The position numbers and the translations under genes are program-made. From a virus, in IMG/VR virus record IMGVR_UViG_3300019889_000009, positions 7,799-71,798 of that record: a stretch of 64,000 nucleotides of DNA; one strand, written 5' to 3'. Below, in pieces: positions 20,726 through 29,733 of the stretch; within the stretch, counting starts at the first letter, position 1; every line of letters begins with the position of its first letter. Under the pieces are notes generated by a model. That model searched no databases. It was not told the origin of the DNA and worked only from the letters and a program-made list of their open reading frames with translations.

Positions 20726-21088
20726 ATGTCAGATCCCACTGTTGATGAAATGAAGCACGCGATGGCTGAGCAACTCCTTGCTGAACGTCGCGCGCAATAC
20801 ATGCAAGACCGAACCGAAGCGCTTGTCAACCTGACGGCCAAAGGTTGGAAAGTGTTTTGCCTTCGTTGGAATTTACCTCCTCCACCTAAAGGATGGTCAG
20901 ACCTTAGCGCGATGCTGGGTGCCATGCATAAGATCAGACTCCTTATGCCGGAGATCCCACCTGAAGAAAAATTGCGATCGGCTCAGTACTGCGTGTCGCA
21001 CTTCATACAGCTGCCGCCCGGGCAGAAACTCAAGGATGGTGTTTTGACCGGGGCAACTTATGCTGTGGAACCCACACTCCCCGATTGA
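20726..21088 (+). CDS. Hypothetical protein
   Basis: 120 aa ORF. Confidence 0.5.
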   Translation: MSDPTVDEMKHAMAEQLLAERRAQYMQDRTEALVNLTAKGWKVFCLRWNLPPPPKGWSDLSAMLGAMHKIRLLMPEIPPEEKLRSAQYCVSHFIQLPPGQKLKDGVLTGATYAVEPTLPD

Positions 21089-21539
21089 TGTACTAGACCC
21101 GAACGAACTAGACTACCCCGACCAATATGAGCACCGCATCTACGGTAGTGCTGACTTGGAAATTTACGCGATCGTTGACTGGGTAGACTATTTGTATTTC
21201 AGTCGATGGCGTTGGTCGGTGCATTGCACACGTGGTAAGAAGAAGCTTTACCTGCGACGTGCGACCAACGAAATGATAGCACCCAGCAATGGGTGGTATA
21301 CGAACCCCGAGACTGGGCGCTACGTTCGCAATCGGCCGCGCGTGCAACGTAACCTGTTTCTGCATCAAGCGATCATGGAGCGTACGGGCATACCCAAACC
21401 AACACCTTCTCACAAGCTTGTCGATCATGGGGACCGCGACACGATGAACTGCAGACGTAATAATTTGAATTGGGCAACCACCACGATGAACCGCCACAAC
21501 GAGTTAGTATACATCGAGAAGCACAGCAGTATGATTTAA
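21060..21539 (+). CDS. HNH endonuclease-like protein
   Basis: LFLHQAIM...VDHGDRDTMNCRRNNL HNH motif. Confidence 0.75.
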   Translation: MLWNPHSPIDVLDPNELDYPDQYEHRIYGSADLEIYAIVDWVDYLYFSRWRWSVHCTRGKKKLYLRRATNEMIAPSNGWYTNPETGRYVRNRPRVQRNLFLHQAIMERTGIPKPTPSHKLVDHGDRDTMNCRRNNLNWATTTMNRHNELVYIEKHSSMI

Positions 21540-21540
21540 C

Positions 21541-22020
21541 ATGCGACAAGAACTACAAACGATCCTCACCCTCGTCCCCAAGCTCACACCCGCAGAGTGT
21601 GCGCAGGTGGCTTCTGCCATGAAGGCCGCAGGAGTGCTGGGCCCCGTCAAGGCCGTTGCGGACGAGGGGACCAGTGACGAATTATGGGTTCTGCAATCGA
21701 TCACCAAATGGATGCAGGATCGCGCTTTCGATCTGTCGGGTATAGAGCAGTTGAAAAAGACCGCAGGGTACAAATCGTTTCGGGAGAAAGTGCCGCCAGT
21801 CGTGTCTTACATCAGGCGCATCGGTAAGGATCGAAACACCCAACGCGCGTTTTTAAATATCGGGATTGAACTCCTGCATGAAGACCTGATCACCATCACC
21901 ATCGCTGCGACGTCGCGAACGATGATGCTTCACAGTCACCGCATTCCCGCGGTACTCAACCGTGCGTTCCCCGGGTACTTGCAAGCCGGGTTAATGCACA
22001 TGATCCTAAGGAAGAGATGA
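21541..22020 (+). CDS. Hypothetical protein
   Basis: 159 aa, tightly packed between neighbours. Confidence 0.55.
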   Translation: MRQELQTILTLVPKLTPAECAQVASAMKAAGVLGPVKAVADEGTSDELWVLQSITKWMQDRAFDLSGIEQLKKTAGYKSFREKVPPVVSYIRRIGKDRNTQRAFLNIGIELLHEDLITITIAATSRTMMLHSHRIPAVLNRAFPGYLQAGLMHMILRKR

Positions 22021-22021
22021 T

Positions 22022-22231
22022 ATGGTTAACGCAATAGCAGATGTTCAAATTATCGATGACCCGGCCGAGATCAAAAAAGCAGACTCGCCAAAGGGCAAAG
22101 CGTTCTTGCGCATCAAGCTTGACGATGGCACTGTCGTCGACATGACTTTGACTCTTGCGGAGATGATCGGCGGAGTCGGCAAGGGAGCGCAGTTGCGTTT
22201 CGGTTACGTCGCGCAAACAAAAGGGCACTGA
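22022..22231 (+). CDS. Hypothetical protein
   Basis: 69 aa, tightly packed. Confidence 0.45.
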   Translation: MVNAIADVQIIDDPAEIKKADSPKGKAFLRIKLDDGTVVDMTLTLAEMIGGVGKGAQLRFGYVAQTKGH

Positions 22232-22232
22232 C

Positions 22233-22949
22233 ATGTTCGGTAAGAACGAAATTACAAAACCATTCACGCATGAGGATGGCAGACTGCTGGTCAACGAGTT
22301 GTTCTACACAATACAGGGTGAGGGTCCCGACGCGGGTCGCCCTGCGATATTCCTGCGATTGTCGAAGTGCAACCTGCGGTGCTACTTTTGCGACACGCAG
22401 TTCGAAAAGGGAGAATGGATAACGGCACACTCGCTTATGGATCGGATTGGGCGCATGAGTGTGATCAATGGGTGCCCACTTGTCGTGATCACGGGGGGCG
22501 AACCGCTCCTGCAAAACATCGTGCCATTGACCAGGTCATTGAACGAATGCGGGATATCAGTGTCGGTCGAGACTGCGGGCACCACGTACTACCCTGAACT
22601 TGTCGACGTGTTTTCGCCGGTGCGGGCGATCGCGGGTAACCTGATCGTGTGCAGTCCCAAGACTGGCAAAGTCAATTCTGATATTGAACCGCTGGTCGGA
22701 GCGTGGAAGTACATCATCAAGAGCGGGCATACGTCGGTGTTGGGGATACCCGACAAATCGACTCAATTGCCTGGTCAGGACGCTGCGATCTTCCTGCCGC
22801 GTGATCGCACGGTGCCGATATACGTGCAGGCGATGGATGAGTATGACGATGTGCTCAATGCAGGTAACCTGATCGAGGCCGCCGCCATCGCAATGAAGCA
22901 TGGCTATCGGTTGTCGGTTCAGATACACAAGTTGGCGGACCTGCGCTGA
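22233..22949 (+). CDS. queE: 7-carboxy-7-deazaguanine synthase (radical SAM)
   Basis: ELFYTIQGEG, CNLRCYFCDT (CxxxCxxC), VITGGEPLLQ, SPK, RLSVQIHK. Confidence 0.93.
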   Translation: MFGKNEITKPFTHEDGRLLVNELFYTIQGEGPDAGRPAIFLRLSKCNLRCYFCDTQFEKGEWITAHSLMDRIGRMSVINGCPLVVITGGEPLLQNIVPLTRSLNECGISVSVETAGTTYYPELVDVFSPVRAIAGNLIVCSPKTGKVNSDIEPLVGAWKYIIKSGHTSVLGIPDKSTQLPGQDAAIFLPRDRTVPIYVQAMDEYDDVLNAGNLIEAAAIAMKHGYRLSVQIHKLADLR

Positions 22950-24394
22950 TGGCTATCGAGCGTCTGAACTCCACACTGCAGGAAAACTTGATCACACTGC
23001 TCGGTTATAGTGAGACGGGTAAGATCGTCGCGAACATGCTTGACACTAATCTGATGGAAGGTGATTACCGCCTGATCGCGGAGCGGTGTATTGACTACTG
23101 GCATCAATACAGTAAGTTCCCGGGAGATCACACCGCCGATCTCATGGCCGACATACTCGACGACAAGCACAACCGACGCACGAAGTCAGTTGCCCGCATA
23201 CTCCGTCAAATGGTCCAGCTTGCCGATACGGTCAATACTGAATACGTGATGACGCAGTTGCGCATGTTCAGTCGAATGCAGAGGTTCAAGTCTGCGATCA
23301 TTGAGTCGGCGGAGAAGATCAATTCGAACCAGCACATGGCAATCGAGGAGATCGAAGATATTTGGCATGGGTTGCTGCGTCACAACGAACGCGACTTCGA
23401 CGCGGGTATGAAGCTCAATGAATATGCCCGCGTGCTTGCGAAGCTTGACCAGAAGGCGACTGAGTTCTCGTCGGGTGTTGAAGAATTAGATGCGCGCGGT
23501 GTGGTGCCAATGCGCGGTGCCATGTACCTGTTGCTGGGTGCTGCGGGCCGCGGTAAGACATGGGGGCTGGTTCATATCGGCAAGCACGCGATCACTGATC
23601 GCAAAAAAGTCGTCCACATCTCTTGCGAAATGGACGAGGAAGATGTGGGTCTGCGCTACTACATGAGTCTGTTCTCAGTACCGAAACGACTCGCTCCTGT
23701 TGAAATAACGACCATGACCATTGACCAAGAGAATCATTTAGAGGAGTTGGTGCGCAAGAAATTCAAACCCGCGTTTGCGTTTGATGAAAGCGCGATTGAT
23801 GAAGAGTTGCGTTCGTACTCCGAGGCGTTCGGCAAGCGTTTTGATAACTTGCGCATCAAGCGTTACCCCCCGGGTCAATTGACCATTGGGATGATTGAAG
23901 CGTACCTTGATACTCTGGAGCAGGTCGAGGGCTTTATCCCGGACATGTTGATCGTCGATTACCCGGGCATCATGAAACTAGACCCAAAGAACATTCGTGG
24001 GAGTCTAGGGTATCTCGTGATGGAACTGCGTGGCCTGTTCGTGCGCCGCAATGTTGCGGGTGTCGTCGCGCATCAAGGGTCTAAGGAAGGGGAGAAGGCT
24101 GTAATGATGAAAGCAACGCATGTCGCAGAAGATTGGTCTGTCGTCGGTACTGCCGACGTCATTGTGACGTACTCCTGCACAGAGCGAGAGTTCAGATATG
24201 GGCTTGCGCGTTTGTTCGTTGCAAAGGCGCGATCGGAGGAGGATCGGTTCGCACTCCTGATCACGCAGTCATATAAAATCGGGCAATGGTGCTTGGAGTC
24301 TCATTTCCTCGACAAGGGCTATCGCACGATGCTTGATGACTTCACGGCCGACGACGTGGACGCTGATGACGATGACGACTCCGAGGAGTCATAG
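22949..24394 (+). CDS. DnaB-like replicative helicase
   Basis: Walker A GAAGRGKT, HISCEM, LIVDYP; acidic tail. Confidence 0.85.
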   Translation: MAIERLNSTLQENLITLLGYSETGKIVANMLDTNLMEGDYRLIAERCIDYWHQYSKFPGDHTADLMADILDDKHNRRTKSVARILRQMVQLADTVNTEYVMTQLRMFSRMQRFKSAIIESAEKINSNQHMAIEEIEDIWHGLLRHNERDFDAGMKLNEYARVLAKLDQKATEFSSGVEELDARGVVPMRGAMYLLLGAAGRGKTWGLVHIGKHAITDRKKVVHISCEMDEEDVGLRYYMSLFSVPKRLAPVEITTMTIDQENHLEELVRKKFKPAFAFDESAIDEELRSYSEAFGKRFDNLRIKRYPPGQLTIGMIEAYLDTLEQVEGFIPDMLIVDYPGIMKLDPKNIRGSLGYLVMELRGLFVRRNVAGVVAHQGSKEGEKAVMMKATHVAEDWSVVGTADVIVTYSCTEREFRYGLARLFVAKARSEEDRFALLITQSYKIGQWCLESHFLDKGYRTMLDDFTADDVDADDDDDSEES

Positions 24395-24397
24395 GGC

Positions 24398-24426
24398 AAA
24401 AAAAGACCCCCGCAACGTGCGGGGGC
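24398..24426 (-). terminator. Rho-independent terminator for the lone minus-strand gene
   Basis: Minus strand reads GCCCCCGC-ACGTT-GCGGGGGTC followed by T7. Confidence 0.75.
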
Positions 24427-24455
24427 TGTTAACTCAGTCTGGCGCTATGTCGTTT

Positions 24456-24770
24456 TTAAGCGCGGGCTTCGGTTGCCGTCGAGGGAGTCGCGCGTTCACG
24501 CTTCACAGGCTTCTTCGCACGTTTCGGTGCGGCGGCTTTCTTCACAACCTTCTTCGACGGTGCAGCTGCCTTGACGGCCTTTTTCGTGGCCTTGGCTTTC
24601 TTGACCTTGCCGGATTTCCACGACGAGATCCACGTGCGGGCCGTCGCTTCTTGCAGATCGAAACTCACTGCCTTTTTGATTGCGGCGTCCTTGCCTTTCG
24701 TATCGAATACGCGATGCACCTCACCCTTGGGAGAGCCCGCGCGATGGTCCTTATATGCTTCTTTCGTCAT
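24456..24770 (-). CDS. Small basic protein with histone H1-like Lys/Ala tail
   Basis: KKAKATKKAVKAAAPSKKVVKKAAAPK; AAGGA RBS; own terminator. Confidence 0.7.
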   Translation of the reverse strand: MTKEAYKDHRAGSPKGEVHRVFDTKGKDAAIKKAVSFDLQEATARTWISSWKSGKVKKAKATKKAVKAAAPSKKVVKKAAAPKRAKKPVKRERATPSTATEARA

Positions 24771-24913
24771 GACCTCAGTCCTTCTGTTTTGCAGTTATCG
24801 GAACTGAATGTTCCGAGCCGTCATATTAGACCCCTGATCAGGAGTTGCAAGGTTAAGGTTTTCTGTGTCGTTTGGCCGACATACTGTACCCATGTCGACG
24901 AGTTGTCATAACC

Positions 24914-26485
24914 ATGCTGAGCCCCCGCGCGATCAAAGCATTTGTTAAACGACCTCGAAAGGATTGGTCGACGTGGAAGCACATCTCGGATGCCGAGCTT
25001 GAACGTCGCGCAGATAATCTGCCAGTGTTTCCCCCGATATGGGACCCCCTGAAGAAGCATCAAAAGACTTGTGTCGTGATCGGAGCGCGCAAGCGTCGTT
25101 TCGCATTCTTCAACGATACGGGCACTGGCAAGACTTACCTGTGCCTCGCGCTGATGGATTACTTCGATGAAGTTCAGGTGGCGGAGCAAAACCTCGTATT
25201 GGTGCCCAACATTTTGAACAAGTGGGAATGGCTGGACGAGGGGTTCAAGAAGCATGCTCCACACTTAAAGGCTGTCGTACTGACTGGGTCATCGAAACAC
25301 AAATGGCAACAGATCGAGGACAACCCCGACGCCAACGCATTCGTGGAAACCTATGCGGGCTTTGTTCGCATGCTGTGTCAATTGAAGTCGGTCAAAAAGA
25401 AAGGCAAGCCTGCGAAGAATAAATTGGTTCCAGATAAGAAGCTGGTCAGACGTATGGTCGATTTGTTCAAGGGAGTGTACTGCGACGAGTCAACGTTCCT
25501 GAAGAACCGCGCGAAGCTCCCATTCCGACTCGTCAATCAATTGAGCAAGACCGCAGAAACGTTTTTCATTTTGACTGCGACGCCGTTCGGTCGCAATGCC
25601 GAGGACTTGTGGTCGCAAATGATGCTCGTCGATCGTGGCGAGACTCTGGGCGAGACGCTTGGTCTATTCAGGGGAGCGTTCTATGACGCGAAGCCAAATT
25701 ATTGGGGCGGGTTTGAATACAAGTTCAAGAAGGATGGCAAGAAGCTGTTGTCGCATTTCTTAGACCATGGTTCGATCACATACCCCGCCGACGAAGCGGA
25801 CTTGCCCAAGGTCTCGCGGATCCCACGTCACGTCTCCCTAGGCGAGACTGCGGAGGCGTACTACGAACGCGCAAAAGAACAGATCATGGCTGCGCAAGGT
25901 AACTACAGTGAGATGAAAAACGCGTTCATGCGAATGCGTCAAATCAGTTCTGGGTTCATCGGCTATCGCGATGACGAAACGGGTCTCAAGGCAAAGTTCT
26001 CATTCGACACAAACCCCAAGCTCGAACTCCTTGAGACAGTCATGTTGGAGATTGACCCTAAGTACAAGGTGATCGTGTTTCACGAGTTCCAATACAGTGC
26101 GAAGGTGATCTCCGAGATGCTCGGGGATATTGGCATTGGTCATGTCAACATTTATGGCGACGTCAAGGACCCGCGTGGTCTGCGCAATCAATGGCGCGAC
26201 AATCCGAAGAAGCAAGTGTTGGTCTTGTCGAACTCGTCGGGGGGCTACGGGCTTAACTTGCAGGCTGCGAAGTATGGGATCTATTACGAGTCACCGGTCG
26301 GTGCAATCTTGCGCAAGCAAACTGAAAAGCGTTTCGATCGCCAGTACTCCCTGCACAAAAAGATTTTCATGCTTGACTTGATCGTTCGCGGCACCGCTGA
26401 TCAATCGATCTTAGACTTTCACGCTGAGGGTCGCTCCTTGTGGAAGGCGATATTGAACACGGGCCCGCAGTCGGTCTTTGATTGA
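24914..26485 (+). CDS. SNF2-family helicase
   Basis: DTGTGKT, CDEST, LTATP, QISSGF, GGYGLNLQ, RFDR motifs. Confidence 0.88.
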   Translation: MLSPRAIKAFVKRPRKDWSTWKHISDAELERRADNLPVFPPIWDPLKKHQKTCVVIGARKRRFAFFNDTGTGKTYLCLALMDYFDEVQVAEQNLVLVPNILNKWEWLDEGFKKHAPHLKAVVLTGSSKHKWQQIEDNPDANAFVETYAGFVRMLCQLKSVKKKGKPAKNKLVPDKKLVRRMVDLFKGVYCDESTFLKNRAKLPFRLVNQLSKTAETFFILTATPFGRNAEDLWSQMMLVDRGETLGETLGLFRGAFYDAKPNYWGGFEYKFKKDGKKLLSHFLDHGSITYPADEADLPKVSRIPRHVSLGETAEAYYERAKEQIMAAQGNYSEMKNAFMRMRQISSGFIGYRDDETGLKAKFSFDTNPKLELLETVMLEIDPKYKVIVFHEFQYSAKVISEMLGDIGIGHVNIYGDVKDPRGLRNQWRDNPKKQVLVLSNSSGGYGLNLQAAKYGIYYESPVGAILRKQTEKRFDRQYSLHKKIFMLDLIVRGTADQSILDFHAEGRSLWKAILNTGPQSVFD

Positions 26486-26611
26486 CGCGCGCATATGGTA
26501 GTTATGTGCGATAACCAGTTTGATCGATATCGTTCAAATTGTACATAATTGACGTCGAACGGATCCCAAAAGCCCTTGCAACAGTGGGGCCTTTTTTCCA
26601 CAGCCTCCAAT

Positions 26612-26640
26612 TTGACAACTGTAGCAGGGGTTACTATTAT
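26612..26640 (+). promoter_or_regulatory. Near-consensus sigma70 promoter upstream of the ribozyme-punctuated region
   Basis: TTGACA (26612-17), 17-nt spacer, TATTAT (26635-40). Confidence 0.75.
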
Positions 26641-26966
26641 ACAGGGGTTATCGATTGTACGTTATGGGACCCCCCGTCGTGATGACGCGATACTCCCCCG
26701 ACATTCGATGAAAGGGACCGATCCGAGGCCTCGCGATGAAATGCGCGAAACAAACTCCTCGCATGATTGCAGCCCTTCACACGGACGAACGCGCAAGTGC
26801 CCATCGTGGCCGACGCAGCGCAAGACTCCCGGTGCATGATCGCCGCAAGGGCAAAAGTATTCGATGGTCAATACATCGATTTGGTTCCTGCGAGCGGCCG
26901 GAGCGTGGAGCTTGTGTAGACTCCCGACGAGGCGCGATCCATGTCATATGTTTTCTCCGAATAAAA

Positions 26967-26995
26967 TTGCCCAAACCCATGTTGCGGGCTAGCGT
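26967..26995 (+). promoter_or_regulatory. Possible second sigma70-type promoter just before hammerhead 1
   Basis: TTGCCC-N17-TAGCGT. Confidence 0.35.
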
Positions 26996-27010
26996 GAATT
27001 GACACGCAAC

Positions 27011-27093
27011 GTCGAAACCCCCTCACCGCGCTAACGTAATGCACCGAGGGGGTCAACGTCGATCGGCTATCGACGTTCTGATGATGACAAGCC
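27011..27093 (+). ncRNA. Type II hammerhead ribozyme, copy 1 (predicted cut after 27054)
   Basis: GTC-GAAA-CCCCCTC(21-nt loop)GAGGGGG-TC-AACGTCG(ATCGGCTAT)CGACGTT-CTGATGA-T-GAC; loop GGCT pairs with tail AGCC. Confidence 0.88.
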
Positions 27094-27107
27094 AAGGGAA
27101 AACGATA

Positions 27108-27296
27108 ATGTTCCTTATTGAGGTGTTTGATAAAATGTCCGAGCTCGAATTAAATCGGCTTGAGAAGCACCCAACAGCCAACAGCGAAGCGCACAAAGTT
27201 GGTAAGCGACGATATGAAGTGATCACCAACGATCTTCAGGAGCTGATCACATTAGTACCATCGTTGTGCGAAGGCAAGAGAGTCGAAACGGCCTAA
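27108..27296 (+). CDS. Small hypothetical early protein
   Basis: AAGGGA RBS after ribozyme 1; stop codon falls in loop III of ribozyme 2. Confidence 0.55.
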   Translation: MFLIEVFDKMSELELNRLEKHPTANSEAHKVGKRRYEVITNDLQELITLVPSLCEGKRVETA

Positions 27297-27344
27297 GGGC
27301 CGTCAACGTCGATTGGTCCCGACGTTCTGATGATGATAGACCAA
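27282..27344 (+). ncRNA. Type II hammerhead ribozyme, copy 2 (cut after 27304)
   Basis: GTC-GAAA-CGGCC(TAAG)GGCCG-TC-AACGTCG(ATTGGTCC)CGACGTT-CTGATGA-T-GAT; TTGGTC pairs with GACCAA. Confidence 0.9.
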
Positions 27345-27356
27345 ACACAATGGAGA

Positions 27357-27563
27357 ATGACAATGAGCGAATTGAATACGATTGCTGAACTGTTGAAACA
27401 TCGGCACGCTCCCTTTAACGGGTTGACGATTGAAAACGTTTCGAAGTTAGGACGAGTTACTGTCGTGCACTACGTCGTCGAAACGAACGCGTTTACTCAT
27501 TACCGCGTTGCGATTGTGAACGGTGATCATGTTGAGTCCGACATGATTGCCGATCAAGAATAG
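27357..27563 (+). CDS. Small hypothetical early protein
   Basis: GGAG RBS; TAG overlaps ribozyme 3. Confidence 0.55.
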   Translation: MTMSELNTIAELLKHRHAPFNGLTIENVSKLGRVTVVHYVVETNAFTHYRVAIVNGDHVESDMIADQE

Positions 27564-27625
27564 TCGAAACTCCCTAACAAGGGAGTCTTGAACGATTGGT
27601 CCCGTTCAACTGATGATGACAGACC
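27563..27625 (+). ncRNA. Type II hammerhead ribozyme, copy 3 (cut after 27587)
   Basis: GTC-GAAA-CTCCC(TAACAA)GGGAG-TC-TTGAACG(ATTGGTCC)CGTTCAA-CTGATGA-T-GAC-AGACC. Confidence 0.92.
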
Positions 27626-27639
27626 GAGGAGTTACGAAC

Positions 27640-27765
27640 ATGCAGTTTGAAATATGGATGGTGCCTGCGGCAGTCTGTTTGCTTGCTATAGGCTATTACT
27701 TTTGGATGTTGAAAACGCGCATTGAAAAAGTGCGGTACGATCGCATCATGAACATTGGGCGATAA
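27640..27765 (+). CDS. 41-aa membrane peptide (not in ORF track)
   Basis: GAGGAG RBS; MQFEIWMVPAAVCLLAIGYYFWMLK...; TAA abuts ribozyme 4. Confidence 0.6.
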   Translation: MQFEIWMVPAAVCLLAIGYYFWMLKTRIEKVRYDRIMNIGR

Positions 27766-27827
27766 GTCGAAACGGGCGCGAGCCCGTCTGACGCGATTGG
27801 TCCCGCGTCACTGATGATGACAGACCA
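27766..27827 (+). ncRNA. Type II hammerhead ribozyme, copy 4 (cut after 27788)
   Basis: GTC-GAAA-CGGGC(GCGA)GCCCG-TC-TGACGCG(ATTGGTCC)CGCGTCA-CTGATGA-T-GAC-AGACCA. Confidence 0.92.
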
Positions 27828-27836
27828 CAATGGAGA

Positions 27837-28148
27837 ATGAACATGACACCGATTGAACGATTTAAGATCCTTTTGGAGAAAGAGGCTAACAGCTCGAACT
27901 CGAAGGAGGCTAAGCGAGCTCGATTAGCTTTGAAAAGTCGTCAATTCAAGTCACTACGTCGATCGTTGCTTACACCATCTCGTTCTGATATCGGCAAACC
28001 CGTTCAATATGTCCCCGAACATCTCGAGGGTGTATTGGTCGACGTTTACGGCATCTTCGCAAAATTTAAATTCAAGCCCAAGGGGCGCGGTAAGAGCTTG
28101 TACGCTGAAACCGACGTGCGCAACTTGAAGCTGATCAAATCGAAATAA
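27837..28148 (+). CDS. Small basic hypothetical protein
   Basis: GGAG RBS; TAA abuts ribozyme 5. Confidence 0.6.
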   Translation: MNMTPIERFKILLEKEANSSNSKEAKRARLALKSRQFKSLRRSLLTPSRSDIGKPVQYVPEHLEGVLVDVYGIFAKFKFKPKGRGKSLYAETDVRNLKLIKSK

Positions 28149-28211
28149 GTCGAAACTCCCTACCAAGGGAGTCTTGCATGATTGGTCCCATGCAACTGAT
28201 GATGACAGACC
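28149..28211 (+). ncRNA. Type II hammerhead ribozyme, copy 5 (cut after 28173)
   Basis: GTC-GAAA-CTCCC(TACCAA)GGGAG-TC-TTGCATG(ATTGGTCC)CATGCAA-CTGATGA-T-GAC-AGACC. Confidence 0.92.
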
Positions 28212-28228
28212 GAACATGGAGAACTGAC

Positions 28229-28558
28229 ATGACAAAGATTTATCACACCCTACTCTCGCGTACGCCCGGTGAATTGTTCGCCATCGAGTTTGGCGATTTT
28301 GACAAATCGGTCGTTTTGCAGGAGCACGTTTATTTGAAGGAGTCGGGTTCGACGCCTCCCAAAACAACGTTCAAGGTGATCTCGTCGAAGTCTGATCAGC
28401 CATCGATCAAAGCGGCGGTTGAGTTCGAAAATGAAAAGATCAAAGCAAAAGTGCTGACTGAGGCGCTAGTCGCGTCGATCAAAAAGCACCACGGTGACGA
28501 ACGATCGCAACGTGCGCGCCATCAAGAAGCGATGGCACGTTTCCCGAAAGCGAAGTAA
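28229..28558 (+). CDS. Hypothetical early protein
   Basis: GGAG RBS; likely true start MTKIYH lies downstream of the ribozyme. Confidence 0.6.
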   Translation: MTKIYHTLLSRTPGELFAIEFGDFDKSVVLQEHVYLKESGSTPPKTTFKVISSKSDQPSIKAAVEFENEKIKAKVLTEALVASIKKHHGDERSQRARHQEAMARFPKAK

Positions 28559-28560
28559 CT

Positions 28561-28621
28561 GTCGAAACCCCCTGCGGGGGGTCTGCCACAATTGGTCCCG
28601 TGGCACTGATGATGACAGACC
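28561..28621 (+). ncRNA. Type II hammerhead ribozyme, copy 6 (cut after 28583)
   Basis: GTC-GAAA-CCCCC(TGCG)GGGGG-TC-TGCCAC(AATTGGTCCC)GTGGCA-CTGATGA-T-GAC-AGACC. Confidence 0.92.
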
Positions 28622-28635
28622 TTTAGGAGATTAAA

Positions 28636-28875
28636 ATGATGGAGTACTTGTTACTTGCTGTCATGAACGCACATCCTCGACAAGAGGTGGCGATTTTGCA
28701 GGCGACATTGATACCCACGACTGGGTGGCTGGTAATTTATGAGGCCGGCGACGAAGTGCGTTGTGGGTTCGTTATGGAGCAAAAGGCTAGTGTGGCGTTT
28801 GAATGGTCGCACAAATTGCGAAGCATCACGCGTCGAGCTAACCGAACGTTCCGAAAACAAAAAGCCAAGTCTTAA
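28636..28875 (+). CDS. Small hypothetical early protein
   Basis: AGGAG RBS. Confidence 0.55.
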   Translation: MMEYLLLAVMNAHPRQEVAILQATLIPTTGWLVIYEAGDEVRCGFVMEQKASVAFEWSHKLRSITRRANRTFRKQKAKS

Positions 28876-28878
28876 ACG

Positions 28879-28943
28879 GTCGAAACTCCCTAACAAGGGA
28901 GTCTTGAACGATTGGTCCCGTTCAACTGATGATGACAGACCAA
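28879..28943 (+). ncRNA. Type II hammerhead ribozyme, copy 7 (cut after 28903); identical to copy 3
   Basis: Same sequence as 27563-27625. Confidence 0.92.
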
Positions 28944-28951
28944 AATGGAGA

Positions 28952-29161
28952 ATGACAATGATTGAGAACCACTATGAACTGAACCTCGCGCTTGATGGTA
29001 GGCATTATGCGCGGGTCAGTTTCAGCCCGTCACTGTCGAGGGAAGACGCAAAGGTGCGCAGTTGCGTTATTGCGGAGGCCCTGCAAGCCGGCAACACTCA
29101 GGGGCGTTGGTCGTTTGACTTGACGTTCGTTGAATGCGTCGGGCGGTCGGTGACGTTCTGA
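28952..29161 (+). CDS. Small hypothetical early protein
   Basis: GGAG RBS, MTMIENHYEL. Confidence 0.55.
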   Translation: MTMIENHYELNLALDGRHYARVSFSPSLSREDAKVRSCVIAEALQAGNTQGRWSFDLTFVECVGRSVTF

Positions 29162-29532
29162 TGGCACGTAAGCGAGCTCTATCGACTGCGGAGTTGTCAG
29201 ACAGCTTCTCAAGCCCTGATGGCTTGATCAAGTACGAGGAGTGGGAGGAGCGAGTGTTCCGAGCCTCGATACGATACAGTACCAACGTCCCCCTAGGTCG
29301 GGGGCGTGTCGAGACGAAATGGTGGCCAACGTATCCTGAGGCCATGCTGATTGCGATGCACACTCCACGCGCGATATTGTATTGTTCGACACAAAGCGGT
29401 CGGTCAGTCTGCATCGCGCGCAAGGATTACGAAAAGTACTTGAAGCTCTACAATAAACTAACGAGGCAATCACTGCGAATGCCCCGTGACCCCCTCAAGC
29501 TGCGCGCGAAGCGTGAAAGGATACGATTGTGA
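29161..29532 (+). CDS. Hypothetical protein ending KRERIRL
   Basis: TGATG coupling to the upstream gene. Confidence 0.55.
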   Translation: MARKRALSTAELSDSFSSPDGLIKYEEWEERVFRASIRYSTNVPLGRGRVETKWWPTYPEAMLIAMHTPRAILYCSTQSGRSVCIARKDYEKYLKLYNKLTRQSLRMPRDPLKLRAKRERIRL

Positions 29533-29729
29533 AATGGGAGGTGAGCACTCCTGATGACTTCAAGCCGATCTTCGGTGAAAGTCTCCATACTGTTTTTCGC
29601 GGCGTCCACGTTGTTATGACCTGGGACGACACATCTAATCAGTATGTCGTGCAAGAGTCAAAAACTCGTAAGGTAATCGCAGCTGCACGTCGCAAAGGCG
29701 AATGTTATAAGCAGATGAGATCGAAGTAA
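29529..29729 (+). CDS. Small hypothetical protein
   Basis: GTGA overlap; stop 4 nt before ribozyme 8. Confidence 0.5.
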   Translation: MKWEVSTPDDFKPIFGESLHTVFRGVHVVMTWDDTSNQYVVQESKTRKVIAAARRKGECYKQMRSK

Positions 29730-29733
29730 AAAA

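Noticed and set aside
26675-26755. GTGATGACGCG...GCGCGAAAC as a degenerate hammerhead in the leader
   Set aside because: C3 is missing, stem II pairing is poor and there are no convincing stems I and III
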